DNA of 51,639 bases from Octopus bimaculoides (lineage: Eukaryota), in the NCBI RefSeq assembly GCF_001194135.2, contig NC_068984.1:70427415-70479053 (forward strand). Direction: 5' to 3'. Both the position numbers and the translations under genes were made by a program. The notes under the pieces are model-generated. The model ran no database searches. It had not been told where the DNA came from and saw only the letters and a program-made list of their open reading frames with translations. This document shows positions 36,310 through 49,642 of the stretch, in pieces. The stretch's first letter is position 1. Each line of letters starts with the position of its first letter.

Positions 36310-36470
36310 TAGGTACAGGTGTGGCTGTGTGGTAAGAAGCTTGCTTTCCAACTTCATGTCTCTGGGTTCAGTCCCACTACATGGCACCTTGGGCAAGTGT
36401 CTTCTACTATAGCCTTGGGTCAACCAAAGCCTTGTGAGTGGGTTTGGTAGACAAACTGAAAGTAGCCCAT
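36310..36470 (+). mobile_element. SINE family A, 5' half running into a long TA/CA microsatellite
   Basis: GGTGTGGCTGTGTGGTAAGAAGCTTGCTT...GGCACCTTGGGCAAGTGTCTTCTACTATAGCC. Confidence 0.85.
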
Positions 36471-36472
36471 TG

Positions 36473-36516
<44 letters not shown>

Positions 36517-36649
36517 AACACACACACATATATATATATATGTATGCACAAATATATATATACACACATATGTTGTACATAGATATTTATACAAATATAT
36601 AATATACACATATGATGTATATACATATTTATACAAATATATACATATG

Positions 36650-36690
<41 letters not shown>

Positions 36691-36824
36691 GCACACACAT
36701 ATATATACACNNNNNNNNNNCACATATATAAATACATACACACATACATACATACATACATACATACATACAAACATACATACATACATGTGTTCAACAC
36801 ATACAAGCATGCAAAAATATGTTA

Positions 36825-36871
36825 AATGATAATGATTATGATGATGATAATGATGATGATGATGATGATGA

Positions 36872-36928
<57 letters not shown>

Positions 36929-36983
36929 TGATGATGATGATGGTGCTGATGGTGGTGGTGGTGGTGGTGGTGGTGGCGATGAT
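36825..36983. repeat. Compound trinucleotide microsatellite (GAT)n-(GAC)n-(GAT)n-(GGT)n
   Basis: Directly visible block structure. Confidence 0.95.
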
Positions 36984-38490
36984 ATATTCTGATTTTTGTT
37001 TCCCAGTTTCCACTTGCCCAAAATATTGCAAAATGTGATCAAACTCACAATGCCATGTTTATTAAGGAAACACAGTCTTACAGATTTTAGTCAGAAATAT
37101 TGTGTATAAGTCCCATTAAATAGATATCATAGGAAAGAAGTGGTGAGCACAAGATTTTCAGTTACTACATGAAATAAAGTAAGCTACGAACTGCCTCCGT
37201 AAATTGTTGAACAATGTTGTATGTCGAAATTAGGAGAGAAATGCTATCAAAACACTGTCACAATGAGGAGCCTTTACATGGTTGATTGACATTCTAGAAA
37301 TAGCAACCGAATCTTGATAAAATTTTGCTCTACTACCTTAAAAATAGAACATATTGGATAATTTTGGAGGAAAAATATGGGTTGGTTATGAGTGGAAAAT
37401 CTTTGATCAACGGTCCACTCAATCAGGATTGACATCTGTTTAAACAATAACAACTGATGAATTATCACCCCATCAATTTCCTGTCTCTTTGTTAGTTCTG
37501 ATAATGACTACTTTAAATTCATTTGTAATTCAGAACTAATCAGTGGTCTATATCTTTTTCTAATACCAGGTTGTATAACAACTGCTATCAAATTGTAGTT
37601 GTTAGTCTAGCTTATATATAGGAGTTATATTACTGATTTAGAAATATTCGTTTCTTTTTGAGACAGCATAAAAGTAATTTTGGATGGGAGGTTGTACAGT
37701 CAAGTTTATATTTCTGGTGTTTAACTTTGTGACCTGAAATGAATAGCAAAATAAAAAAAAATGAAAATGTAAATCTTTGAGTGGTTTGAACTCAGAACTG
37801 TGTCTTAAAATGTAGATAAAGTAAATTAAATGCATCTAAAAAGATAGAAATCGTTTATATCCTCAGGTTTCAGTGGTGCAGAAAGAAGAAGTTAATAAGA
37901 ATATTTTACTGTTTTATTTTAGGATATTAAGCACAATAATAGTATGCCATTCAGTTCATCATGAAATATGGTTGTGGAGATATCTTGAACCTACAATAAA
38001 GGATTTAAACTGTTATCGTCAATTCAGTTTTATTCAAAACAGATCTTGATATGATTGAAGCCTTACATTTTTTTAAAGCAAATTAATAAAATAAATGAAA
38101 GAAGTATTTTTTATTTTATCAAACTGGATTCTTGGAAAATATAAATTTGGAAAAAAAAAATTGGAATTCATAAAAACAAATAAGATATGAATATTATGAT
38201 AAAGATAGAAAAAAAATCCCTATCTCTCTCTCATTTAAATATAATCAATACTTGTTTACGATTGCTGACTAGCTGAGCTGAAAGAAAATCAGATTTTCTC
38301 ATTGAATAATGAGCCTGTGTAATCTCTTATATAATTTTGCATCCCATTTTAAGGCTTGCAGAATAGCCGAAGACAAACAAAGAATTTATTAATTCTGAAG
38401 CTACTGCTCATCTGATGATAGTATCGTCCAATTGGAATTCATAATCTCATTTTTTCATGAATGCATGGTTTCAAGCAACAAAAACATTTG

Positions 38491-38529
<39 letters not shown>

Positions 38530-38843
38530 GTTTTATATTAATCTTCAATATTATAGTAAATTTCCTGCAGTTTCTATTTTAGGTTTTTTTAAAAATAAAG
38601 TTTTCATGTAAAGTTTTCCTTAAAAAAACCATATTATTATGTAAATTCAATTCCTCTGCATGCGGTTTGAGCAATCAAGGTAACAACAATTTCATGAACG
38701 ACAAATTAACACTGTCTTCTTTATGTGTGGATCTGTATTATAAACTAAAAAGGGAATAAATTGTTGATGCTTGAAAACTGTGAAGTTTAAGTAATCCTAT
38801 AGTAAACTACTAATGTAATTGCCAACAACTTCCTTTTTTGCAG

Positions 38844-38991
38844 TCAGCTGACTGTTTACCAAATACAAGGCTGAATTTATTACAGAAAAATATTTTCAAG
38901 GCTGAATCAACCCTAGTACATTACTGTTATTTATGCATAATCTTCATCTTTCTAATACACCTGTTAGAAATGAAAGACAAAGCTGATCCAG
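38844..38991 (+). CDS. Candidate exon (148 nt, SADCLPNTRL...EMKDKADP) or only its last 24 nt (38968-38991) as a microexon
   Basis: Strong donor CAG|GTAAGA at 38991; acceptors TTTTTTGCAG| (38843) or CTGTTAG| (38967); phase-0 frame open throughout. Confidence 0.35.
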
Positions 38992-40930
38992 GTAAGAACA
39001 CGTAGTTAGAGTAAAGAGTCGAAGTTAAATACTTTAAGGTATAAATATAATTCCTAATATAATCATTCTACCAAATCATTACATTAATCTAATTTTAAAT
39101 ATTAATATTTGCAATATCATACAAATGCTGAAGAATACTGAAGAATGATGAATTTACTTAATACATATAATGTGTCATTTGTGGAATATACTCTATTGAA
39201 GTATTTGGACTAGGTTTCTTAACTGAAAGCAACTTTTTCCCTGCCATCCTACCAATCACAGAAGCTCTGGTTTTGTCATAAAGCATCTTGAAACCTTACA
39301 GAAATTAAAACTAAAATATAAGAAACAATATTTACTTTCACATGAAACTTACAGGCAAATATTTTAGTGGGAATTCCTTATTACTCAATCAATTATTTAG
39401 GCACAGTTAAGATCGTAAAGGAAGTAATTCAACCTAGCTGATCCCATAACTAAATCTAAATTATGCTCTCAATTCAGCACTGTAAGCAAATGAAATGTTC
39501 ATCAGTTTTACAGTGCTCCCAACTGCTATAAGCACTGAGATGTAACAATTCATTTATGTATATTCATAGTGATATAAACAGATCCAATAGTATTGATCAT
39601 GATGGAGTTCTGCTGTGTAATGTCCCATAGCCCTCATCGTGTCATCAGGTCAATAGCAAATCATCTTGGAAAAGCCCATAATTTTCAAGTTTCTTTAATG
39701 GCTAGCAAATGAGTAACAAACCAACATTCCTTCCTAGATAAATTACCAATTTCAAGGGAGTTGTTAAGCATGCACAAAAGCTAGATGAACTGAATAATTC
39801 ACAGTTAAGTGAAATACAGTGAAATACCTATATACACATACCTGATAATCTTCAGTGAATACAAAGTTGATTCTGGCAGTATTTAGGCTCTGCATTTAAA
39901 ACTAAACTGTGAAACTAAACACTGCAAAGTTTGACCCTTCAGCATTCTAGCTAGCATATCCTCAAGCCATGTTAAAAAATATAACTTTAAGTTTAGAGGC
40001 CTCTTATTTGATCTATTTTGCATGGAATGTAAGTTATAGCATGTTCTTCAATTTTTGATACTGAGAGCTGAGGGTGATGATTTAAACATTTTAGAAGTGA
40101 CAGCCCCATACTATAATTAGTTTCATTGAGTCAGTGATTCTATGCAATCACTTGATCTACTAGAATTAAGCATGAGCAAATGTCATTTGAACTTCACTTT
40201 ACTGTGTTAAAAAAGAGACTTTGGATAATAAAGGTCTAGATATATTAGGCCTAAATAAAATGATAAGATATTCAGAGATATAGTGTTTTTGACCATAAGT
40301 GTACTTGATCATGTCTTACCAGGGGTTTAACAAGAAAAAGCAAAACAAGTTTTTTACTGTCTTTAATCTCAGGTGTACACATTCTAAGCTCAGATATTGC
40401 TGTTATCTATGTCATCTTTCATCTTGAAGTTGATAAAATAAGTAACAGTAATATGTTTAGTCAGTTTGATCACTTACTACTCTTCTCTTAAAAAATGATT
40501 TGGTGGAAGCCAAGACAAATGTATCTCTTAGAAAATGAAACATTCAAATCTTTAAGCCTTTGCTTATTTACTTTTAATCAAACAAAAATGTCAGTAAACC
40601 CAAAAGAAAGTTTGTATATGGTCGCTTGAAATTGCAGGAATCTCCTTGAAATTGTAGAATGCAAGTTGGAAATAAGGACATATTAAATAATAAAGACTAG
40701 GATTAGTATGTCTAAGATATAATTGGAATTATGAAAACCGATTTTGATCTTGGGCTAGAAAGCAACAGCAACAATTAATGGTTAAGAATTATGTTTGTTA
40801 ATGACACTAAATTATTGTTACTTAATACAAGGCCAGCTCTGACCAAGCAGACCTTTGATCAAAGTCATTTTAGCAATGTCCATTTTTTTACAGTTAGAAA
40901 TACACTCCCCAATATGTCCTTGACATTAAA

Positions 40931-41078
<148 letters not shown>

Positions 41079-41537
41079 GTAATTTATTTTACTCTACTGC
41101 ATAATTAAGTGATAGCATTTTTTAAAGATATGATAATCTTCCTATGTTCTAACTATCAATAGACTTATCCGTTGGTGTCTTTGAAATATCTGCAGGACCA
41201 AAGATTAGCTAAACCTTGGATTACTTTAATTTTGTTGGAATGGTTACTCTGCTTTTAAGTATACAATGTCAGTGAAGTATCCTAGCTAATTCCCATGGCA
41301 CCAGATTTCAAAGGCATGATGACAAAAAATTCAGACAAGTGGTGATATCTGGTATGCAGTGCCTCTATAGCACCCACCACCAAACCAACCAACCAACCAG
41401 CCAACTATTAAAAAATCAACTAACCAATGCCAGTATAGCAGCATATTAGTTAACTCAATGATGATAATGATAATACAGAAGACGTGACTAAATCAGATCT
41501 TCCTCTAATTTCTAAGTTCTGTACAATGTTGAATTGA

Positions 41538-41539
<2 letters not shown>

Positions 41540-41622
<83 letters not shown>

Positions 41623-41674
41623 TGTGTGTGTGTCTGTCTGTGTGTGTGTCTGTGTGTGTGTGTGTGTGTGTGTG
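41540..41674. repeat. (GT)n microsatellite
   Basis: Long near-pure tract. Confidence 0.95.
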
Positions 41675-42159
41675 TAATGTCAGTTGTAGCAAGCATAAGC
41701 ACACAATGCATCACACAATCCGTCTGGAGTGTATTATTTGTGCAAAATTTTACTTATAGCATTGCTGAAGATTACTAGTTTCCAAAAAAGAAAAAAAATT
41801 AAGAGAAGAAAGAAAGAAAACAAGCTACACTTATTAAATCAATAACAGAAGATTCCTGTGTAAGAATGGCAATTTTTCTGAAATCAACAGTTTGAGCAAC
41901 TTGAAGTAGAGTGTTGTTGTTGCTGCTGATGATGATGATCGTGATGGTAATTGTGTTTGGAACGTTAATTAGATGCTTATAGAATAGTTATTGGCAACCA
42001 ACAAGTTCCTTATGGTTATTTGTACTATTTACAATTATAATGGGTAACTAGGGCAGTGATCCAGCGGAAATAGTAGAGATGAGGACTAATTACCATTTAT
42101 GGTATTAGCTGCTTTTCTTTCTAAATTATATTTCTGATTTTAAACCCAACCCACTGCAG

Positions 42160-42245
42160 TTGACTTTAAATCTCATCTATCCGAAGCAGATAATAATTTC
42201 ACAAGTTATACACTGCGCCTAAGCAAAAGAGATAAACAGCTATAA
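42160..42245 (+). CDS. Candidate terminal coding exon: (V)DFKSHLSEADNNFTSYTLRLSKRDKQL*
   Basis: Acceptor ...CCCACTGCAG|; phase-1 start compatible with the 38991 donor; followed by a TGTA-rich 3' UTR-like sequence and AATAAA at 42546-42551. Confidence 0.3.
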
Positions 42246-42851
42246 ATAACTAGCTTTTACAATAAGCAAACTCACATAATTGCAGCCTTATGACTACTGT
42301 TAGGATTTAATAATACTGCTGCGTTTAACCACTGTATTATGTATTACTAGTGTTGTGTTTAATCACTAGCTTTTGTAATCTACTGTTTATGTACAAGCTT
42401 TATGTTGTATACAAACTCTACAGTGTGCAAAATCCTTGCATTGTGTACAGGGCGCTCTATAACTTGTAAAAATGGTTATTGAGTGAGATTTTTAAAGTAT
42501 TTAAGAATATGAAAATTTTATTCAGAACTGAATATTTGACTAGTGAATAAAGTATTGTTTGACTGCTTACTTATTGACATAATAATTGAATGAACCATAG
42601 CTAAATCATTGTTTTATTTTACAAAACAACAGGAGGGATGACTTTAAGTGTTTCCTTTCTTAATGGTATAGAGAAGGAAGCATAGTTCTCATGATGCTTT
42701 TCAGGTATTCCATAAAAGTTAGGGAATTATCATCATTCATCCATTTGCAACTTATATTTATTTAGATATTACATGCACCCATGTATAATACACACTGACT
42801 TTCCTTTAATATTATGCTGGATAGAAAAAGATACTTTTGCTAGATTTACTG

Positions 42852-43070
42852 TATGAGGAGGTGCTGAAAAGTTCCTGATTTTGGGTAAAAGAAAATACAG
42901 AAGGATCAGTTAATTATGATTTTATTCAACATATTCTATTCTCAGATTCACACACTTATGGCAGCGGCCCTTTCAGTTTTTCTAAACCCTGTAAAAGAAC
43001 TCGGAATGATAGGCCTCCAGCCAGGCCTGTTGTGATACCCTTGAAGCCAGGAACTTTTCAGGACTCCCTA
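42852..43070. mobile_element. Mariner-derived MITE (about 220 bp)
   Basis: TIRs GAGGAGGTGCTGAAAAGTTCCTG / CCAGGAACTTTTCAGGACTCCC; TA flanks; second copy at 49419-49642. Confidence 0.8.
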
Positions 43071-44204
43071 ATAATTGCAGTCTAAAATTCATGCCTTCTA
43101 AAAAAAAATAAAACAAACAAACAAAGGAAAGGCAAATTCATAAGTTACCTATGAAATTTACTTATAGACTCTAAAAGTATATCTGCTTTAAAGCCAACTT
43201 TGTAGAGAGAAAAAAGAAATATTTTTGTAAAATGTTTTAGAAATCAGAATCTTATATCAAAACAGTATTCAATATTTCCAGGAAATGGAAAGGCATTTTA
43301 AAAACTTACTTGTTTGTCATTCCATCCCAAATAAGGTGTTGGAATTGAGTAAAAGACAATGGGCAATACTTGCTTCTCATATATAATGAATGCCCCAAAT
43401 ATTTAAGATGAAAAAAATCTACTGAGATTTTATATAAGAGTTCTGATGTTAATATATTTTCCATGGATTATTCAAGAGAGACTCAAATAGTTTAGAATAT
43501 TTGTTCAAAAGAAGAGTCAAAATATGGACGAAACCATAGAGCAATAAAAGGAGTGCTTTAAAGTATAGAGTTTCATCTCCATTCATTATAAGTTCAAACT
43601 CTTCCATAGCCTATTTTGCCTCTCATTTGCTTTTGTTCTAATAAAATAAAGCAAATATAACCAAGAATGAGTTCTCTCTTGTTAACATCTTTCTTGTAAA
43701 TATGTGTCTTTGTGATTCTCTGAGAAGCCAATATTTCAAAATATCAATAGTTACAGAGAAAATGAAGAAATATAGTGACTGATAAAAATAACTATCAAGT
43801 TACATTTCTGTTGTTTAATAAAGAAATGAATTTGTTGTTGAATTGCTTTTTTCTGAATTATGAGGTTCACAGTACTGGTGATTATTAAATTAATGAAAAC
43901 TAAATATCACCCTTGATAAGATATTGGCACATTGTAACTGGTTTTTATTGTGAAAGGAAGTGAACTTGGAACAGCTTGCTATATAATTAATTGTCAATTC
44001 TGTAGTGATGTTATTGCTTCTGGTGCCTCCATGATTATAGAACTGAAAGCTAGGTGAACTCAATCATTTGAGAGTTAATTGGTGTCTTGGTCATAAACAT
44101 AAGGCATTGCTAACAATAGAATAGAAACTCCTCAAATGTCTATATTGGTTGTTTAGGAGCCATGCTGTTCAGTTGTGGTAAATTAAATTGATTATCTCTA
44201 TTGA

Positions 44205-44414
44205 TTTCATATTTTAGTTCAAGGCCAGCAAGTTCACAAAAGGGGTAAATTGATTACATCAGCTCCAGTGCTCACCTGGTACTTATTTTATTGACCCCCA
44301 AAGGATGAAAGATAAAGCCAACCTCAGTAGAATTTGAACTCGGAATATTAAGATGATGAAATGCTGCTAAGCATTTTGCCCAGAGTGCTAACAATTCTAC
44401 CAGTTCACCACCTT
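44205..44414 (-). mobile_element. SINE family B (decayed)
   Basis: CCCCCAAAGGATGAAAGATAAAGCCAACCTCAGTAGAATTTGAACTC core reverse complement. Confidence 0.75.
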
Positions 44415-44415
44415 C

Positions 44416-44633
44416 GGTTGATTATCTATAGCAAAAGTTGCTGCATGCCGGGCAATATGCTTAGTAGCATTTTATCCATCTTCATGCTCTGAATTTAAGT
44501 TCTGCCAAGGTCAACTTAGCGTTTAATCCATTTGAGTTTGATGAAATAAGTACCAGTTATGCACTGGGGTCGCTGAAATCGATTATCCCCCTCCCCCAAA
44601 TTTCAGGTCTTGCGCCTAAAGTCGAAAGGATTA
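44416..44633 (+). mobile_element. SINE family B (decayed), head-to-head with the previous copy
   Basis: GCCGGGCAATATGCTTAG head remnant, AAGTACCAGTTATGCACTGGGGTCG, tail AAATTTCAGGTCTTGCGCCTAAAGT. Confidence 0.7.
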
Positions 44634-45862
44634 TATTAAAAGTTGTTTTTCAGTTTCCTGTTAGCCCTGACTGAACAGACGCAAATCAAAATCATTCCAA
44701 CCACAGTCTATTTCAGACTACATTATTTGATGCGCCTATTTTTTTACACACTATTTTAAATTGCATGCAGAAGTCCTTCTGTCAGTCTGCAATCTGTTAA
44801 ACGTCCTTCTATAACAAACTTATCCTTTATATGTACACCATGAATAATGTTTGATAAAACAGCAACAAAGAAATTTCAATTTCAGAAACCATATCAAAAC
44901 ATCCAAATATACTTTAATTAGATGAATCCATTGAGCACTGGCAAAACTAGAGCATAGCTTTATGCTCAGTATTTTGCCTTGTTTAGTGTTTGTATTTTTG
45001 TTTTCTATGTTTGTTTGTGTGTATTTCTGATTCTGATCCAGTGAATTTCAATTTTACATAACCGTTCTCTTACTTATTTGAGGATTTATAGTAAAAATTT
45101 GGTACTTCTAGAAACTTGCAAAATGTAGTTGGTAGCTTATAAAATTAGAATCTAACAGCAAAATTCTGTGTGTATTTTCCCTAAAATTAGAGGATGAGCA
45201 CAAAGAGCTTGAAACCACACAGTCTGATGGTCTTGTAGCTGGATGATGGTAGGGTTTCACTTCCCTGCTTGCAATGTAAAATTAGAATATATGATATGTG
45301 CCTGCACTCAATTAACATTTGGTTTTGAGGAATATTTCCAATCCATGCTTTTTCTGTTATAAACAACCAAATGAACTGGTTATTTGAATTCTACAAATAC
45401 ATCTAGGTTTGTTAATTATTAATTGCTAAATAAAATTATAACACTTTTTTTTCTTTTACTGTGTCTCTTTCCTCACCTGCCTCTCTCACCTTCTACCCCT
45501 AAAAAAAGGGGGGAAAACACACCAAGAGTTCTTTTGTGGCAGATTTGCTATGAAAGGAATAATTTGCATCTTTTCAGTTGAGAAAGAAATAAAATCTTGT
45601 ATCTCCATATGATGTAATAAATATTTTTTTTGTTCTTTTGCTATTCCATTCACAAATGACTAACAAATTAATAAAAAAATACTACAACAACAACAACAAC
45701 ATCGACAATAAAATATTCCAATAAGATTGAACTTCCCACTGATAGCTTTGGGTCTATCACCTTAATGATTAGGTTACAATGACATCAGTAAACACTCATA
45801 TAATTGTACACTTAGAGAAAGCATTTCTTTCAAATGGATGTATATGTGTATAGGTGCATATG

Positions 45863-45910
<48 letters not shown>

Positions 45911-46307
45911 NNNNNNNNNNNNNNNNNNNNNNNNNNNNNNNNNNNNNNNNNNNNNNNNNNNNNNNNNNNNNNNNNNNNNNNNNNNNNNNNNNNNNNNNNN
46001 NNNNNNNNNNNNNNNNNNNNNNNNNNNNNNNNNNNNNNNNNNNNNNNNNNNNNNNNNNNNNNNNNNNNNNNNNNNNNNNNNNNNNNNNNNNNNNNNNNNN
46101 NNNNNNNNNNNNNNNNNNNNNNNNNNNNNNNNNNNNNNNNNNNNNNNNNNNNNNNNNNNNNNNNNNNNNNNNNNNNNNNNNNNNNNNNNNNNNNNNNNNN
46201 NNNNNNNNNNNNNNNNNNNNNNNNNNNNNNNNNNNNNNNNNNNNNNNNNNNNNNNNNNNNNNNNNNNNNNNNNNNNNNNNNNNNNNNNNNNNNNNNNNNN
46301 NNNNNNA

Positions 46308-46544
46308 GAAGAAGAAGAAGAAGAAGAAGAAGAAGAAGAAGAAGAAGAAGAAGAAGAAGAAGAAGAAGAAGAAGACGAAGAAGAAAAAGAGAATGAAGTT
46401 TTATCATTGTTTTTATCAGTACTATAGTTATTTCAGTTGTGTTTGTTACTTCCGTTCTCACTCCTTTTTCCATTTTCGTCATCATCTTCATCATCATCAT
46501 CGTCGTCATCTTCATCGTCATCGTCGTCGTCGTCGTCATCATCC

Positions 46545-46581
<37 letters not shown>
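46308..46581. repeat. (GAA)n tract (46308-46386) and (CAT/CGT)n tract (46477-46581)
   Basis: Directly visible. Confidence 0.9.
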
Positions 46582-46582
<1 letters not shown>

Positions 46583-46771
46583 TCTGTTGCTGTTGTTATT
46601 ATTTTAAAAAAAATTTTTACATCATTTATTTTTTATCATTAGTTGTATTTTTCATTCAAATGTTTTTATTGCTTTTTTATACCTTTATTTACTTATTTAT
46701 TCATCTTACACAGATTATTTCCCTTCTAACCTGGAGTTTTATTTATTTATTTTGGTATGTGTATGTATGCC

Positions 46772-46850
<79 letters not shown>

Positions 46851-47499
46851 ATCTTCCTTGCATTTTCCATGACATATCGAGATTTCCAGAGCTAATGGGC
46901 TAAGGAGCCAATGCAAATGCAGAAATAATGGAAAACTGAAAGACTGCATTACTTTCGACAGAAAAAGTAAAAGTTGGGAAGCAAAAGCAGTCTCTTTTAC
47001 TGAACTCATATAAACAATGCTGTGAATGAGAATATGGAAACATAGTTAGTGATGTACGTTGTTAAAGATATTAAGTAAACTTTAAAATGTAAGGAATATT
47101 TCTAAAAATAACATGGTGGTGATGGTAATGGGGGAAGAGACAGATGAAGTATGGCAACTTTTTAAGTATTTTTAATGGCTTAGTTAAGAGAAGGTAGAGT
47201 AAAACTTATATCCTTTTGCAGACTGTCCAAACCTGGTTGTGGTGGAGTAGGTGCAGGAAGTAACTACAAGTTATGCTTGTTGCACTAGGAGGTACTGCAA
47301 AAAGATATTAAGCTCTCTTGAAACCAAGAGAACTTCCCTGAACTCCTGTAACAGAGTAAATTCTACTAAACATCTTTCAAAGGAAGTGGTGCTGTTTAAG
47401 TCTAATCACTCAAGAATGAATGCAGTCTATCAGACAGTGGTCTTCACTCTATCTATCAATCAACCGTTTACACCCAAGATTTTTGTTTTTTCCTTTATC

Positions 47500-47635
47500 A
47501 CTCACACACTGTAAAGTAATTGGTGTTAGGAAGGGTATCCAGCTGACATTGGTATCTGAGGCAGCTCTGCAGCTTCTTGTATTCTGCAAAACCATCCAGT
47601 CTTTGCCAGCATGAAACATGAATGTTAAGTGATAA
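47500..47635 (+). mobile_element. Decayed RTE-type 3' tail
   Basis: CACACTGTAAAGTAATTGGTGTTAGGAAGGGTATCCAGCTG matches the RTE UTR motif. Confidence 0.6.
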
Positions 47636-47962
47636 CAGCTATGAAAGAGGGAAGGGCAGCTATCATGACCCTGTTATGGGCCTCCAAGGTTTGTAGGAAG
47701 GAGGAAAGAATGTGACTTCAAATTGAAAACTTCCCTCAAATACTTGACACAAAGTAAACTCAGCTAAAATATACAAAAATGTAAAAGTAGATTACAGATT
47801 AAGTCTGCGAACCAAATTAAGTTTACAGTGAGATTGAACAAGGAATGATATGATTGTAAAACAAACTTCATAACCACATGACCATGTCTGACATCATTTA
47901 GTTTGTAATGAAAATTCTATGTTATTCGGAGGATCAATCAATATTAATTGTTATCATTTTAG

Positions 47963-48004
47963 GTAGAGGAAAACTTTTAAAATCAACTAAAATGAATGTA
48001 GAAG
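47963..48004 (+). CDS. Candidate 42-nt symmetric exon (xRGKLLKSTKMNVEx, phase 1-1)
   Basis: Acceptor TAATTGTTATCATTTTAG|, donor AAG|GTAAAA; open frame. Confidence 0.25.
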
Positions 48005-49418
48005 GTAAAAGGAGGAATGTTGAATTGGAAAACATCAGGTCATATATAAACTTCCTAATATTTAAAATAAAAAGAAGATTCTGCATTGTGTGCTCATCTA
48101 AGCAAAAACATTTTAATTTTCAACTGAAAGCATTTGCAGTCCAAAGAATTTACTGCAAGAGAGATCGCAACAAATGATAACACACAGGATGTTAATAGGT
48201 GCAATGCAAATAAGGGCAGTGGAAAATGATGATATCAAAAAACATTGTCATACAGAGTACAATTTTTTTTTATGTTTCCTTTTTTTTTTTTCCTTCTTTT
48301 CTAATGAATATTTCATAGAATGCCAAAAGACGAAGCAGAAATGTGCTATTTGAATGAATACTTTTATTTCTATGCTACTCGGAAGCATTAACATAAAAAA
48401 AAAAACTTAATGATTTGAATAAATGTTGTCTTCAAGGTAAAGAATAACGATATCATTAATAAAAGTTTCTTATTTTTATTTTTTAATTTGATATCTATAA
48501 ACAACTTATAAAAGTTACTTCTTTGTAGCTTACTTCAAGCATTGTAACTGAAATAAATTTTTCATTTCATTATTAGGTCTAATCATGAAATGTTTTATTT
48601 TAAATTTCATTTTATATCCTGTTTAGGGTTTATTAAATCTGAAATACTGAATAAATTTATTTTTCTCTTTATTCATTACTGAGAGTGTTATTACACTTTT
48701 TAGCATAAACTTTGATATATATTGGGTATCTAACTTTGATATATATATTAAGTACTTCAGGCATTCATCGATACGTACACACATACGCATATACATGCAT
48801 ACATAAATATATATATATATATATATGTGTGTGTGTACACACATATATAGGTGTATATGTATTTATATTTTAATGCATACACAAACACATACATATTTAC
48901 ATATATACATATGGAGGGAAATGTCTAATTCAATTCATTATAAAAGAAACTGAGTCCAACATAAAGATATGTTTTTATTTGTATTACTTAATAATTTAAC
49001 AGGAAATCACACTCTTGCCTAGTTAATGGATAGCAACCTGTTGATTTCAAAAAGTTTATGAATAATCTGATGTTATCCATGTGGTAGTTGCTAATAGACA
49101 TTGCAAATAAAATTCCCACAGAAAATAGAAATACTTTCTATCAAAATTCTTACATAGAGAGAAGTGTTTGTCTGTAAGAAAGAAAGTGAAGCAAGTTTTA
49201 AAATATGTGTGGTAGCACAAAAAGTAAAAATATTTGGGTAGAACAAATTAATACATGAATAAATACTGCAAAAAATACAATCAAATTTTACTGCTACATA
49301 CAAATGGGGAAATAACTAAATAAGAAAAGTTCAGTATATATGATGCTCAGTGTCTTGTAATGGAACCAAAATGTAATTTTTATTCCTACTTAAATATGAG
49401 TGCTCTGTTAGAGCAAAC

Positions 49419-49642
49419 CACGATGGCATGTTGCAAAGTTCTGTAGCTGTGGGCAAAAGAAAATACAGAAGGATCAGTTAATTATGATTTTTTTTTCAGC
49501 TTATTCCCCTCTCAGATTCACATTCTTATCACTGCAGTCTTTCAGTTTTTTAAAGTCCTGTAAAAGAACTCAGAAGGTTGAGCCTCAAACCAGGCCTTTC
49601 ACAATACCCTTAAAGCCAGGAACATTTCAGTATGCCTTCATA
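49419..49642. mobile_element. Mariner-derived MITE, second copy
   Basis: Shares AAAAGAAAATACAGAAGGATCAGTTAATTATGATTTT and CTGTAAAAGAACTC with 42852-43070. Confidence 0.8.

Noticed and set aside
37638-37835. Strong minus-strand acceptor near 37733 with a short open frame; minus-strand donors at about 40320 and 43308
   Set aside because: No consistent minus-strand exon chain could be built.
42245-42570. SECIS element in the putative 3' UTR to explain the UGA at 19260
   Set aside because: ATGA and AA motifs are present, but there is no complementary helix with the GA quartet.
47908-48177. 89-aa ORF as a single-exon gene
   Set aside because: No domain and AT-rich intron-like codon content; only the internal 42-nt segment has splice support.
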